Shown here piece by piece: positions 38,481 to 51,390 of a DNA stretch of 64,000 nucleotides (positions are counted from its first letter, which is position 1; the number at the start of each line of letters is the position of its first letter). Source of the stretch: Camelus dromedarius (taxonomy: Eukaryota); NCBI RefSeq assembly GCF_036321535.1, contig NC_087437.1, positions 5,456,001-5,520,000 of the forward strand. The letters run 5' to 3'. Under the pieces are notes generated by a model. That model had not been told where the DNA came from. It did not search any database and was given only the letters and a program-made list of their open reading frames with translations. A program made the position numbers and the translations under genes.

Positions 38481-41381
38481 CACATCATGCTTTTGAAATA
38501 AGAAAGTCATTGTTCACATATAAATGAGATCATATGTTTTAAAAAAGTCATTGTTAACTTGGAAACATTTTCTGAATAAAAGGAAAAAGACTAAATACTT
38601 ACATGTATCTCAATTGTACATTTTGACCTATTAGTACATCGTAAGACAAAAGAAGAAAAGGTTGAAAAGAAGAGTAATCTGTCAAAAAAAAAAAAAAAAA
38701 AAAAGAGATGATTCCAGAACAAGAGAGAGAAACAACTCTTCTTGAATGCCTTATGTTAAGCTGGTGTTTTTAGTTGAAAACGGCAAGCCTTGATTCTGAC
38801 TGATGAGAAAGGAGAGTTTATTCAGATACTGAAGTAGTTCCAAATAACCTAAGGAAAGCCTGTCCAAACGAGTCACGGGTTTAACAAACATTTCTGAGTC
38901 CTTACCGAGGCTCAGGCTCTGGCGATCAAAGGCGCAGTCCAGTTCTTGGATGGGACAAGTTATGCCACGGTAACAAATTAAGCCCAAATCTCAATGGCTT
39001 CGCACAACAAAAAAGCATCTTTCTCTCTCGTGACATGTCCAGGGCAGTCAGTGAAGGGGGCTCTGCTTTCCAGTCTCCCCGGCGTCTTAGAGGAACATTA
39101 TCTGGAGCTCGTGGCCTCCGGGATCTCAAGGCTGGGAAGAGAAGATGGAGGAGCCGCGCTGGTTCTTAAGTGCCTCAGACTGCAACCCGTCACTTCCAAT
39201 CACATTCCTGTTTGCCAGACCCAGCCACACAGGTGCTGGGAAATGTGGGTGGCTAGTTGGGAAGCACTGATTCTTACAGCTGTAGACACCTAACCTCATT
39301 ACAGGGATCAGGAAAAAGATGAAACAAAGGGCTAAAACTGAAAGGCTTTCTGCCTAGTCCCACATTTATTAAAAAATTCCAATACAGCAAATACCACATT
39401 CCATAACTATAATATTTGGCTTGATAGCCAAGGCTTCGCTTTCTCATTTGATGATCTCAGTACATCTTTAAAAGGAGCAAATAGTTCACTGGTATTTAAG
39501 CTGCATGTCGGAATTATGTCTCCTTTCATTCTCTTCTGAATAAGGAAGCTTGGGCAAGAGGTAGCAAGGGCTAACTTTGGAGGGATTGGTTCCTGCTTCT
39601 TTGCTGGTATGAAATACAGGAGAACAAATGGGTATTGATGTAGGAATAGATTTCACCATAATACGCCGATGGTTAAAAACTGATCTGCCTGCTCCATATG
39701 AAGTTCTTCACACTTTGCAAAAAAATAGAAACAGGTGAGGAGGGGGGGAGGTTCTCTCTGCAGGAGCAGGTAAGATGAAGCTTCCTCATCCCTGCTCTGC
39801 CCGGAGCGCAGGTCCAGCCGCCCTCTGCCTTTTCCCTCACTGGGGCTTTCAGCCACGCTGGCTGGGGAAGAAAAGTGCTTGTTTGATTCCTAATTGTACA
39901 GAGCAGCTGAGCAGCGTCTGCACGACTTGAACAAAGAATGTGTTTCAGACCTTCTTACTGCGCGCTTCCTTCATTTAAAATTTAACAGATGTCAATTGTG
40001 GCACGCACTGTCTCCCTAGGCGATGGATTAAGGCAAATTTCATTTTACGCCTGGCACGAAAGCCACGCTCTATTTTGTGTGAAATACTTTTTTTTTTTTT
40101 TAAAGAAAGAAAGAGGAAAACCTATTCTGGTTTAAAATTCAGTAATAATGGAAGAAAACCCATTTCCACAAAAGACTTTGTCCTGGAAAGCTTTGTTGGC
40201 TTCGGGCGCCACCTAACGGGCATGTGGGAGATTACACAGGGCTGTTCCGCCAAGCTGCGCGCACACAAAGGCCGCCTGGGGCGGCAAATGCAATGTATGC
40301 AGATTTCCCTGCCTGCCGGGTGAGACGTTATCTTCAAGTTCTATACCTACTTCTACTTAATTATAAAGCCTTGGGTAAGCCCCTCAACCTCTCTGAACTC
40401 CAGGGTCCTCACCCAAATGGAGGTTCTCGGAGCCGTCTTTGTGGGATTGCTGAGAGGACTCAGGGTGTGTTTGAAAGCGGATGTAAATCCAGGCTCTCAG
40501 ACTCAGAGGACTACCAGTCGTCATGCAATAAAATCACGAGGCCCCACATATCTTGTTTTCCTCCTTTGGGTAGAGATGGGGGTTCAGAGGTATGTTTCTC
40601 AACAGTAAGAAAAACAAGTGTAAGCATGAAGTTAAATGCAGGTGATGCTGTCCTCGGGGTCAGAGAGGTGATGGGAAATTGTGTCCTGTCTCAGAGGGTG
40701 GCCAGATTTTCCTCTTTGCCGAAAGAAATCGACTACCCACGTGGAAGCTCCTGCTCTGTAAACTGGCCCACATTTTAAAACACTGTAGGGGCTAAGCAAG
40801 TCATACATGGGGACTGAATTCAGGTTGTAGGTAGGTTCCGGCTTCCCATCTCTGCTGTTCATCTTTATAGCCGTGTGAGAAAACGGGGAGGCTAGGAGTG
40901 AGCCTGCTCTGTGGATTGCTAGGTCTGGGGGAAGGGGCCGTGGGAATCCAGTGGCTGGAATGGGCCTGGAGGATCTGCCATCACCACTGCACTGGCCCTC
41001 AGGGGAGAGGCACAGCCTTGCAGAGGCCCAGGTGAGCCTCTCCCCTAGTATCAACTGCCCCTTCCCGATCTCCATTTCTCCCTTATTCCTTGGGACAACC
41101 CTCCCTGAAGCCACCAGCCTTCCTGCTGAGATCCCACCAGAGCCAGGGGGTCACTGGCAGTTGTGGGGACGAGCCCCAGACTGGGAGTCAAACCCTGCAG
41201 AGAATGTCACTTGTGGTCTGACCTGGGCCAGGCACCTCCCCCTCTCAGGGTCTTTGTAAAGTGGGAAGAGGAACACGGCTACTTCTCAGGATGGTGCCCA
41301 GGTCATAGGAGATGACGTGTGAGGCAGTGCTTTGTGAACCTGAAAGCGATGAAAGTTATTTGGTTACTATGAATCCATGCC

Positions 41382-41900
41382 ATCTGTGCACCCCAATGCT
41401 CACAGCAGCACTATTTGCAAAAGCCAAGGTATGCAAGCAACCTAAGTGTCCACCAACAGATGAATAGATAAAAAAAAGATGTGATTATTTATATACATGC
41501 AATGGAATCCTACTCAGCCATGAAAAAGAATGAAATAATGCCATCTGCAGCAACATAGATGGACCTGGAGGGCATTATGCTAAGTGAAATGAGTCAGACA
41601 GAGAAAGACAAATACCGTAAGATATCACTTATAACTGGAATCTAAAAAATACAGCAAACAAGTGAATATAACAAAAATGAAGTGAACTCACAGATACTGA
41701 GAAACTATATGGTTACCAGTTGGGAGAGGGAGGGGCGATATGGGGGGTGAAGGGGTGAAGGGGTGAGATGTACAAACTACTGGGTGCAAGATAGGCTCAA
41801 GAATGTCAAGGGTGTACTGTACAACACTGGGAGTACAGCCAATATTTTGTAATAACTGTAAATGGAGAGTACCATTTAAAAGTTGTATAAAAATTAAAAA
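41382..41900 (+). mobile_element. L1 3' end
   Basis: tgcaccccaatgctcacagcagcactattt...gagtcagacagagaaagacaaatac...3' UTR. Confidence 0.9.
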
Positions 41901-42289
41901 CAAAATTTTTATTTTTATTTTATTTTACTTTGAACACTTCTTAAATGCTGGAAGTACAGGATTAAAAATAGGTGAGTCATTCATTCAACAAATATTTATT
42001 GAGCATTTGTTGTGTGTCTGGCACTTTTAAGCAACAGCTAAGACAAACGTTTGGATCTTTCTGTAATTGAGTGTATGTTCTGGAAAAGGAAGGGGGCAGA
42101 GAATAAGAAAAGAGAGGAAGGAAAGGATGAAAGGAGGGAGAAGGAAGAAGGGAATGAGGGAGGAATGGGGGGGGTGCGAGTAAGGAAGGAAAGAGAAGGA
42201 AGGAGGAAAGGAAGCTTGAAATCGGCCACAATGAGAGTACTGACATCACTGACAAACTACACACCACGGTCCCTCCCCACGGCTGGTCG

Positions 42290-43100
42290 TTAATTACATC
42301 AGGTATTGACAAGAGACCCACGAAACAGAATAGAGAGCCCAGAAACAGACTCACATACATGGGCACTGATTTCTTTTCCTCAAGTGGGAAATGCAAGCAA
42401 TGGAGAAGGGGTGGTCTTTTCAACAGATGATGCTAGAACAATTGGCTATTCCAATGAAAAATAACAATCCACACTTTACACGTAAAAATAAACTGAAAAT
42501 GGGTCACGGACCTAAATGTAAAACCTAAACTGTTAAAATGTCTAGAAGGAAAAACAAAGGAGAAAATCTTCATGCCCTTGGGTTAGGCAAAGATTTCTTA
42601 GATATGACACCAAAAGTAGGATTCATTAAAGAATAAATAGATAAATCAGATTTCAGTCTTCAGGTGACACTGTTAAGAGAATGAGGAAACAAGCTAGAGA
42701 GTGGGAGGAAATATTTCCACAGAATATATTTGATAATAGACTTGCATCCAGAATAAATAAAAACTCAAAATTTGGGGATTAAAAAACCAAATAATTAAAT
42801 AAAACAATGGGCAAATAATTTGTTAGCTTCGTTTTTTTTCTTTTTTGAGGGGGAGGTAATTAGGTTTATTTATTAATTTATTTTTAGAGGAGGTACTGGG
42901 GATTGAACCCAGGACCTCGTGCATGCTAAGCACATGCTCTACCACTTGAGCTGTACCCTCCCCACCTGGACAAAGAAGACATACAGATGACAGAGAAACA
43001 CAGGGAAATGCAAACTAAAACCACTACATGTCTATTTGAAAAGCTAAATCAAAATGACTGACTAGACTAAGTATTGGCAAGGATGTAGAGAAATTATACT
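42290..43100 (+). mobile_element. Old L1M ORF2 fragment interrupted by a SINE
   Basis: aacagaatagagagcccagaaacagactcaca...gacctaaatgtaaaacctaaa...gggttaggcaaagatttcttag. Confidence 0.85.
42832..42963 (-). mobile_element. tRNA-Ala-derived SINE (vic-1-like)
   Basis: Reverse complement gggtacagctcaagtggtagagcatgtgcttagcatgcacgaggtcctgggttcaatccccagtacctcc plus A-rich tail. Confidence 0.92.
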
Positions 43101-43696
43101 CTAAATGCTAATTTTCAACTTGCCTTTTCTAAGCAGCAATCTGTAGTGGATCCCCTGACAGGTTCATATATGTCATCTTTTCTTTTTTTTCATGTGATGT
43201 TAGCTACTATCATTATATAGTCAAATGTCTTGGCTTGTCATAAAAGTCTGCAGAATCGAATTCAAGACTTCTTTTCACCAATGCCACCGTATCTTGTAGA
43301 TGTGTATGTCTTTGGTCCCAGGTTCTTAGGAAGCCTGACCTCAGAATCAAAAGGCCTTGGTTTTGGTGCTGACTCTGTTTTGACTCTAGGCCATCACTGA
43401 AACCTCCCTGGGCTGTTGTTCAGTTTGCCTTTTTTCATTCAGTAAAGGGGCCTCAGGGCCTTTGCACTAGCTAGTCCCTCCGCCAGACACCCGATCCCTG
43501 CTGCAGCTTCCTGGATCCTCTGACCACTCTGCCTTATTATTATTTTCTAACACACTTCAGTCTTTATTCCTCCCCCACAAGAATGTCATCACCACAAGGG
43601 CAGACACTTTTGTCTACTTTTGCTGATATTTCTGTAGTGCCTAGAACAATGTTTGACATAGTAGGTGCCAAATAAATGTCTGTTGAATGAACTGGA

Positions 43697-43838
43697 CAGG
43701 GCTACACAGAGACTGGGAGGTAGGAGGGCTGTTCCATGATTCAACTCCAGGGGGCATCCTTCACACTGTCATCTATGTGAAAGGCATCTTCTCAAATTGT
43801 GCAGTGCACAGGCTGCACAACTGTATGCAGTGACCCTA
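43697..43838. mobile_element. MER91C-like hAT-Tip100 MITE
   Basis: cagggc...caactccagggggcatccttcaca...tgtgaaaggcatc...ttgtgcagtgcacaggctgcacaactgtatgcagtgacccta; palindromic layout. Confidence 0.7.
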
Positions 43839-44142
43839 ACAACAGCCGTGGAATTACTTTGCCAGGGTACATATTATTAAATGAAAATGTTTTTTAATAA
43901 TACAAATACATAAAAACATAAAGAAGAAAAAAATCATCCCAAATCCTTCGACCGAAAGATAGTATCTTCATTAACATTTGCTGATCAGCCTTCTAGACCC
44001 TTCGCTAAGCCTATGTACACATATAAACCTTCATTTTACATAAGTGGCACCACAATAACAAATCTGCTATTTTTCTACCCAGTAGTATATTATGATGAAC
44101 TCTCCATGTCAATAAATCCAGATACGTATTTTCTCTTTAAAT

Positions 44143-44325
44143 CAGGGGTCTGTAAATTGAGGCCCATAAACCAAATCATTTTTTTTTTTTGCAAATAGTT
44201 TTAGTGGCACACAGCCATGCTCACTGCTTTACATACTGTCTGCAGCTGTGTCCACGTCACAACGGCAGAGCTGACTGTGCAGAAACCATAAGGTCCACAA
44301 AGCCTTCAATATTACTATTTACTCT
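44143..44325 (+). mobile_element. MER58A-like hAT MITE, 3' terminus missing
   Basis: caggggtctgtaaa...cacacagccatgctca...acaacggcagagctga...ccacaaagcct...tattactat. Confidence 0.75.
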
Positions 44326-44540
44326 TTTTAAAAATTTTTTATTGAAGTGTAGTTGATTCACAATGTTAGTTTCAGGTGTACAGCAAAGTGATTCAGATAT
44401 ATATATATATATTTTTTTTTTCAGATTCTTTTTCATTATAGCTTATTACAAGATATTGAATATGGTTCCCTGTGGTATACAGAAGAAATTTGTTTTTATC
44501 TATTTTTACATATAGTATTTAATACTTGCAAATCTTGAAC
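44326..44540 (-). mobile_element. Short young L1 3' UTR fragment
   Basis: Antisense of the 3' UTR seen at 5230-5360 (tttattgaagtgtagttgatt...ggtgtacagcaaagtgattcag). Confidence 0.88.
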
Positions 44541-44934
44541 CCATTGCGTACCTTTGATCCCACCAGTAACGGAGTTTAGCCATCCATACGCAATGGTAGT
44601 CCTTCTCTTTTTCTGCTCCTCTATCTCTGTCTCACAAAATTACTCTGAATTTTTCTCATTGATTATCTAGGATATAAATACAACCAATTTTTGCTTAATT
44701 CCTAATTGTTACTAGTGGTAGAAATAATGAACACAAAATAAAACTGATGACAAAGGAAACTACATATGGCAAAAAATGCTATTGACTCAAAAAGGACAGG
44801 AGGATTATATTTTCTTGACAAAAATTTACATACACAAAATGTGACCCTAGGGAAATCTGGATTTGGAAAGCAAAAACCAAAACCACAATAGTTGGAACTA
44901 AGTGAGGAAAATTGGTGTGGTTCAAGAAGCTGAT

Positions 44935-45248
44935 CTATTATCAAACAGACAAAAGATAGCAAGTGTTGGCAAGGATGTGGGGAAAGGGAACCCTGGTACA
45001 CAGTTGGCAGGAATGCAGCTTGGTGCAGCCACTGATGGAAAACAGTACAGAGAGTCGGAAAAAAAATTAAAACAGCTCTACCATACAATCCAGCAATTCC
45101 ACGTCTGGGTATGTATCCAAAGGAAATGAAATCAGTGTCTTAAAGAGATATCTACGCTGCCATGTTCCTTGCAGCTTTATTCACAACAGCTGAGATACGG
45201 AAACAACCTAATCGTCCACTGTGGCATGAATGAATTAAAAATAGGGGA

Positions 45249-45303
<55 letters not shown>

Positions 45304-45819
45304 GAATATTATTCGACCATAAAAAATAAGAAAATCCTGCCATTTGCCACGACATGGAGGAACCCAGAGGACATTATGCTCAGTGAAATGAGCCAGACAC
45401 AGAAAGACAAGTACTGTATAACCTCACTTACATATGGAATCTGAAAAGGTCAAACTCACAGAGCTAGAGAGTAGACTGGTGGTTGCCAGGGGCTGGGGGG
45501 CAGAAGAAATGGGGAGATGTTGGTCAAAGGCTATAAACTTTCAGTTACAGGATAAGTAAGGTCTGCAGGTCTCATGTACAGCATGCTGACTGTACTACTG
45601 TGGTGCATTTTGAAATATGCTGAGAATAGATCTTAACCATTCTGACCACACAAAGTATGTGAGGCAATGGATGTGTTAATTAACTTGATCATGGTAATCA
45701 TTTATATACACACATACACACACACACACATATAAAATCATCATGTATTCCCTAAAAAATTACCTTGTACAACCTAAATACATACAGTTTTTGTCAATCA
45801 TACCTTAAGCAAGCTGGAA
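44935..45819 (+). mobile_element. L1 3' end (L1MA/MB-like) with internal (CA)n at about 45250-45300
   Basis: ORF2 C-terminal EEYYSTIKNKKILPFATTW...LSEMSQTQKDKY; degenerate TSD aagctgat (44927-44934) / aaactgat (45820-45827). Confidence 0.9.
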
Positions 45820-47128
45820 AAACTGATAATGAATCCAATCTGTGTAAAAACAATATAAATAGAAAAGGAACCACTGCAGTGAAAAGAAATTTCAGTGAAA
45901 TAAAAATAAACACAGCAAATATTAAAAATGATTTTATTCCATTGTATAGAATATCAATTGAGGGATTAAATTGGCTTGAAATTCCTCTGGAAAATATTTT
46001 TTGGATGAAAATTGATCCATGTGGGAGACGAGATTTCTTTGGACGCAAAGCTGGACTAATAACTTTCTCCTCTTTGTCAGATTTTTTCATCAGCCACTTT
46101 TCCACAGGACTTCTGGGATCTCTGGAACCACTAAGGCCCCAAGGAAAAGGAGAATGGGATTTGTTTTCTACTAGTTGCTCTGCAAAATCTGGTTTGCAAG
46201 TAAGGAGCCGATTTTAACAACCTCAACATTGTCCTCTGCCCTAGAAGACTGAAAAAAAAATTGTAAATAGACACTGTTTCAATTTTATACCTCTTTCTAA
46301 CAGTTCCAGGGAGGCAGACTTTGTTGTACTATTTCACAATTTTTTTATAGTGTAAATTTAATTGCAAATAAGAGAATATTTTGCTATTTAGTAACAATTT
46401 TACACATGAGTTTTGTTCGGTTTATACGCCGTCTTATTTTCACCCATCTACTTTATTCCTTTACTATGTTTCCGGTGATGATTTTTATAATATTATGCCA
46501 ATTTGTCTTATCTTTATTAGACTATTCTGCTTATTGACGATTTTCTATCTTAAAGAAACAAACAAGGGAGAGGAATAAAATACAAAGATCAGAAACCAGC
46601 CGTGATGGTGTGTGCAGGCACCAGGGTGATCACAGGGGGAAAACTATGACCATTTTACTTTTTACTGTTTCTATTCCCTGCGCCCTCATTTAAAGACATT
46701 GTGCCCAAAGTTAAATAGATTCGTAAGAAAATCCCGGTGGTAGGAGGCAGAGAGGGGAAAGCGCAAAACCAACAAAGCAGCATCTCGAACCCTGTGGCCC
46801 CGTGGCCCCTCCCCACCATCAGGACTGAACAGGGGCCAGAGCTGCAAAATCCCAAGACCAGTCAGAAAACCAAGCTATCTGAAGTGACCCTGGTCGTATA
46901 TGTTGAAATCTGGTTAAGAGAGAAAAACACTACTTGACACTGAGCTTCTAGAGGGCAGGGTGTTGTGCTCTCTCTGTATTCCAGTGCTTAGTGAAGGGCT
47001 CAGGAGCTCTTTTGGGGTAAATGAGTGGGTGAAGGAGGGGAAAAAAACCAACCGTGAAGGCATAAGAAGGCAAAAGTATAATATCTGCCATTATTCAACT
47101 ATTCGGAACTTGTTTGTGTAGTCTAGCT

Positions 47129-48314
47129 CGGTGGTTCTCAACCTCGGCTGCACGCTGGAATCACTTAGGGGGCTGCTTTCCCCTTGACTTTCTACTGATG
47201 TATTACATACGGAAAAGCGCATTATCTTGGGGAGCCTTTAAAGCTGCTTTGCCCTAGGATGGTTACAATGGAGAAGACTGGCAATACCTAGTACTGTGGC
47301 CAAAATGTAGGGCAAGTGAATGCTCACGTGGCCAGTGGGAATGCAAAATAATACAGCTGCTTTGGGAAACAGTCTGGAAGTTTCTTAGAAAGTTAAACAG
47401 ACACTTAGCATATGGCACAGAAACTCCACTCCTCGGTATTCACCAAGAGAAATGAAAACACGTATCCACACAAAAGCCTTTATGTGACTGTTCATACTGG
47501 TTCGTAAGTGGAAACAGCCCAGATGTCCAGCCCAACAACAGGTGAATCGAGAAACAGAATGTGGTACCTCCACTCAATGGAATGCTAATCAGCAGTAAAA
47601 AAAAAAAAAAAAAAGACTGAACTACTGCAACACGTAGCAATATGATGACTCGCATAAACATTACGCAGACTGGAAGAAGCCAGATTGCTCGATTCCTTGT
47701 GTAGGAAATTCTAATGCTTACAGAGACTCACTTACAGTGATTGACCAGTCAGGCCAGTGGGCACCTGGGGATGGAACAGAGGTACCTGGGGAATGATGGA
47801 AATGTCCTCTACTTGAGTCATGTTTACAGGGGGATATACATTTGGTAAACTCGATCTTTCCACCTAAAACAGATGCATTTTATTGTAATGTAAATGATAC
47901 CTCCAAAAAGTTGATTTAAAAGGAAACTGTTGACACCCAGACTCCACCTCAGACCAATTAAATTAGAATCTCTGGGATGGAACTCAGGCATGGGACCTAC
48001 TAAAAAGAGCTTTCTGTCTTATCTGTTTGAGCAGCTGTAACAAAATACCACAGACGGGGTGGCTTATAAACAACAGAAATTTACTTCTCACAGTTCTGGA
48101 GGCTGGGAGGTCCGAGGTCAAATGCTGGCAGGTTCGGGGGTCAGGTGAGGACCCACATCCGAGGTGGCTGATTTTCACTGCGTCCTCGCATGGCAGAAGG
48201 GACAAGAGAGCACCCTCGGGCCCTTCACAAGGGCACTGGTCCCATTCATGAGGGCTTCGTCCCATCGCAAGCTCCCTGGGGGATTCTATGTGCAGCCCGA
48301 ATTGAGGATCACTG
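47129..48314 (+). mobile_element. MER5A-like MITE split into three pieces by an L1M fragment (about 47260-47920, +) and a partial MLT1A LTR (about 48015-48265, -)
   Basis: MER5A 5' cggtggttctcaacctcggctgcac...; middle cagaccaattaaattagaatctctggg; 3' aagctccctgggggattctatgtgcagccc...ttgaggatcactg. Confidence 0.75.
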
Positions 48315-48789
48315 GCCCTACCTTTACGAGCATATTCAGGGGTGGTGGGAAATAGAACACCACCACATTTTTTTAAGAGAGAATTGAGAAGGATCACGGG
48401 TTACTTATTTTCTCTTTTAAACTATTTGGTATTTTCTGATTTTTCCATAATGAATTACTTGCGTAATTTTTAAAAGACAATGTTACTTTATTTACCAGTT
48501 TTATTTCTCTCAATCTCTCAAATTTTGCTCTATTATTCATGTTGGTGCCTAACTCATCGTTTTCAGATAAACCATTACCTGATATTCATTCATCCAAGGC
48601 TGATTAAACATCCACCTTATACAAAGGACTGTTTTAGGAACTAAAGGAGCAAAAACAAAGAAAAGAAATCTCCAGACAAAGGCACAGGTGAAACAGATGC
48701 TCACATTCAATTGTATAAGAATCTTCAAACATTATAGTAGCACCAATGTGACAGGAGATAAGATGATGGTACCTTATTCTTACGCGTTT

Positions 48790-49350
48790 CTGGAAAACAG
48801 TCTGGAAGTTTCCTTAAAAGTTTTGAATGCCCCTACCATGGGACCTGGCCACTCAATTCCTAGGTGCTTGAAGAAAAGAAGTAAAAGCATATGTCCATAC
48901 AAAGACTTGTACACAAATGTTCACAGCAGCTTTACCTGCAATAGCCTAAAGCTGGAAACAATCTAAATGTCCATCAACAGAAGAATGGACAAACACTGGG
49001 GTAAATTTCTAGTATGGAATACAACACAGCAATAAAAAGGAAGAAAACTACTGATACATGCAACAACACGGATGAATCTAAAAATAATTATGCTGAGTGA
49101 AAGAAGCCAGACACAAGAGTTATGATTGTTATGATTCCATTTATATAAAATTCTAGAAAGTGAAAACAGACCTTTAGTGAAAAAAAGCAGATTAGTAGTT
49201 GGGTGTGAAATGGGGAATGATTTACGAAGAGGTGATGGAAATGCTACTTGTCTTGATTGTTGTGATGGTTGTATATACATCAATACTCATCAAATTGTTC
49301 AGTTTAAATATACCTAGTTTATTGTACCCAATGATGCAATAATGCTATTG
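48790..49350 (+). mobile_element. Old L1M 3' fragment
   Basis: aaagacttgtacacaaatgttcacagcagc...tgctgagtgaaagaagccagacacaa. Confidence 0.85.
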
Positions 49351-49379
49351 AAAAGAAAGACAAAAAAAAGAAAAGAAGA

Positions 49380-50880
49380 AAACAAAATCAATGGAACAGA
49401 ATAGAGAGCTCAGAAAGAGACCCACTTAAGTATAGTCAACTGATTTTTGACAAAGGTGCAAAGGCAATGGAGCAAAGATGATCTTTTCAACAAATGTTGC
49501 TGGAACAACTGGACATTTACATGCAAAAAAAAAAATCTGGACACTCTTCACAAAAATTAACTCAAATTGGATCACACACCTAAATGTAGAATGCAAAACT
49601 ACAAAAATCCTAGAAGATGACATAGGAGAGAACCGAGATGACACTGGGTATGGCAATGGACATTTATGGGCCAACACCATGGTCCACAAAAGAAATAATT
49701 GATAAGCTAGACTTTGTTAAAATTAAAACCTTCTGCTCTGCAAAAGACAGTTTCAAAAGAATGTGAACACAAGCCACAGACTTGGAGAAAATATTTTCAA
49801 AAGACATATCTGATTTAACAGCTGTTTTCCAAAATATACAAATACTTAAAGGTCAGTAATAAGGAAACAAACAACTCAATTAAAAAATGGGCCAAAGACC
49901 ATAACAGACACTTCTTCAGAGGAGATATACAGATGGCAAATAAGCATATGAAAAGATGCTCCTCGTTGTATGTCATCGAGGAAATGCATACTAAACCAAT
50001 AATAAGGTAACACTACTTACCTCTTAGAATGGCCAGTATCTGGAACCCTGACACCACCAAATGCTGGCAAAGATGTGGAGCAGCAGGAATGCTCATTCAT
50101 TGCTGGTGGGAATGCAAAACTGTACAGCCACTTTGGAAGACAGTTTGGTGGTTTCTTACAAAACTAAACATACTCTTACTGTGTGATCCAGCAGTTGCAC
50201 TCTGGGTATTTACTCAAAGGAATTGAAGACTTCTGTCTGCACAAAAATTTGCACACAGATGTTTACAGCAGCTTTATTCATATTCATAATGGCCAAAACT
50301 TGGAAGCAACTAAGATGTCCTTCAGTAATGAAAGGATAAACTCTGGTAAATCCAGACAATAGACTATTATTTATTGGTGCTAAAAAGAAGTGTGCTATCA
50401 AGACATAAAAAGACATAAAGGAAACAAATGCATATTACTAAGTGAAAGAAGCCAATCTGAAAAGGCTACATACTATATAATTCCAGCTATGTGGAATTCT
50501 AGAAAAGGCAAAACTATATGGACAAGAAGTTGTGGTTACGGGTAGTGCTGGAGGGATAAACAGACAGAGCACAGATTTATAGGGCAGTGAAAATACAGTG
50601 TGTGATGGAGTCTGTCATTATACATTTGTCCAGACCCATTGAATGTACAACACCAACTGTGAACCCTAAAGTAAACTACGGACTTTGGGTGATTATGATG
50701 GGTCAATGTACATCTGTCAGTTGTAACGAACGTATCACTCTGTTGGGGTATGCTGACAAATGGAGGAGGCTACGCATTTATGAGGTCAGGGGTATATGGG
50801 AAATCTCTGTACCTTCCTGTCAGTTTTGCCGTGAACCTAAAACTGCTCTAAAAAGTCTTTAAATAAACAAATCTTTAAAC
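49380..50880 (+). mobile_element. L1MC-like fragment (ORF2 3' half and 3' UTR)
   Basis: caatggaacagaatagagagc...HCWWECKTVQPLWKTVW...gtgaaccctaaagtaaactacggactttgggtg. Confidence 0.9.
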
Positions 50881-50977
50881 AAAGGTGAAAAAAAAATTAA
50901 AAACAAAAAATGTGAAAAGAAACAACAAATGATTTAGGGCCTAATTAAACCAAAATTCAATTTAGTGGTTATGTCTT

Positions 50978-51332
50978 CTTTTTTTAATAGAAGTAGTCGA
51001 TATACAGCGCTGCGTTAATTTCTGGTGGACAGCATAGTGATTCAGTTGTACATACATACATATTCCTTTTTATATTTTCATTAAAGGCCATTACAAGGTA
51101 TTGAACATAGGTTCCCTGTGTTGTACAGCAGGACCTTGTTGTTTATCTATTTTATATACAGTAGTGTGTATCTACAAGCCCCAATTTATTCCTATATCCC
51201 CTCTTTCCCCACTGGTAACCATAAGTTTATTTTCTGTATCTGTGAGTTTTTGTTTTGTAGATAAGTTCATTTGTGTCTTTTTTTTTTTTTAAGATTCCAC
51301 ATGTAAGTGATATAATACGGTATTTTTCTTTC
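50978..51332 (-). mobile_element. Young L1 3' UTR fragment
   Basis: Antisense of the young L1 3' UTR; flanked by tagtggtt on both sides. Confidence 0.85.
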
Positions 51333-51390
51333 TAGTGGTTGCCTCTTGTTAAGGAGGAAGAGGGTGTGATCAGGGAGGGCACATAGGGAA

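Noticed and set aside
4644..50862. Several ORFs with L1 motifs (4644, 6650, 18724, 36708, 45169, 48688, 49478, 50029)
   Set aside because: Truncated LINE-1 ORF2 remnants, not host genes; no full-length L1 in the window.
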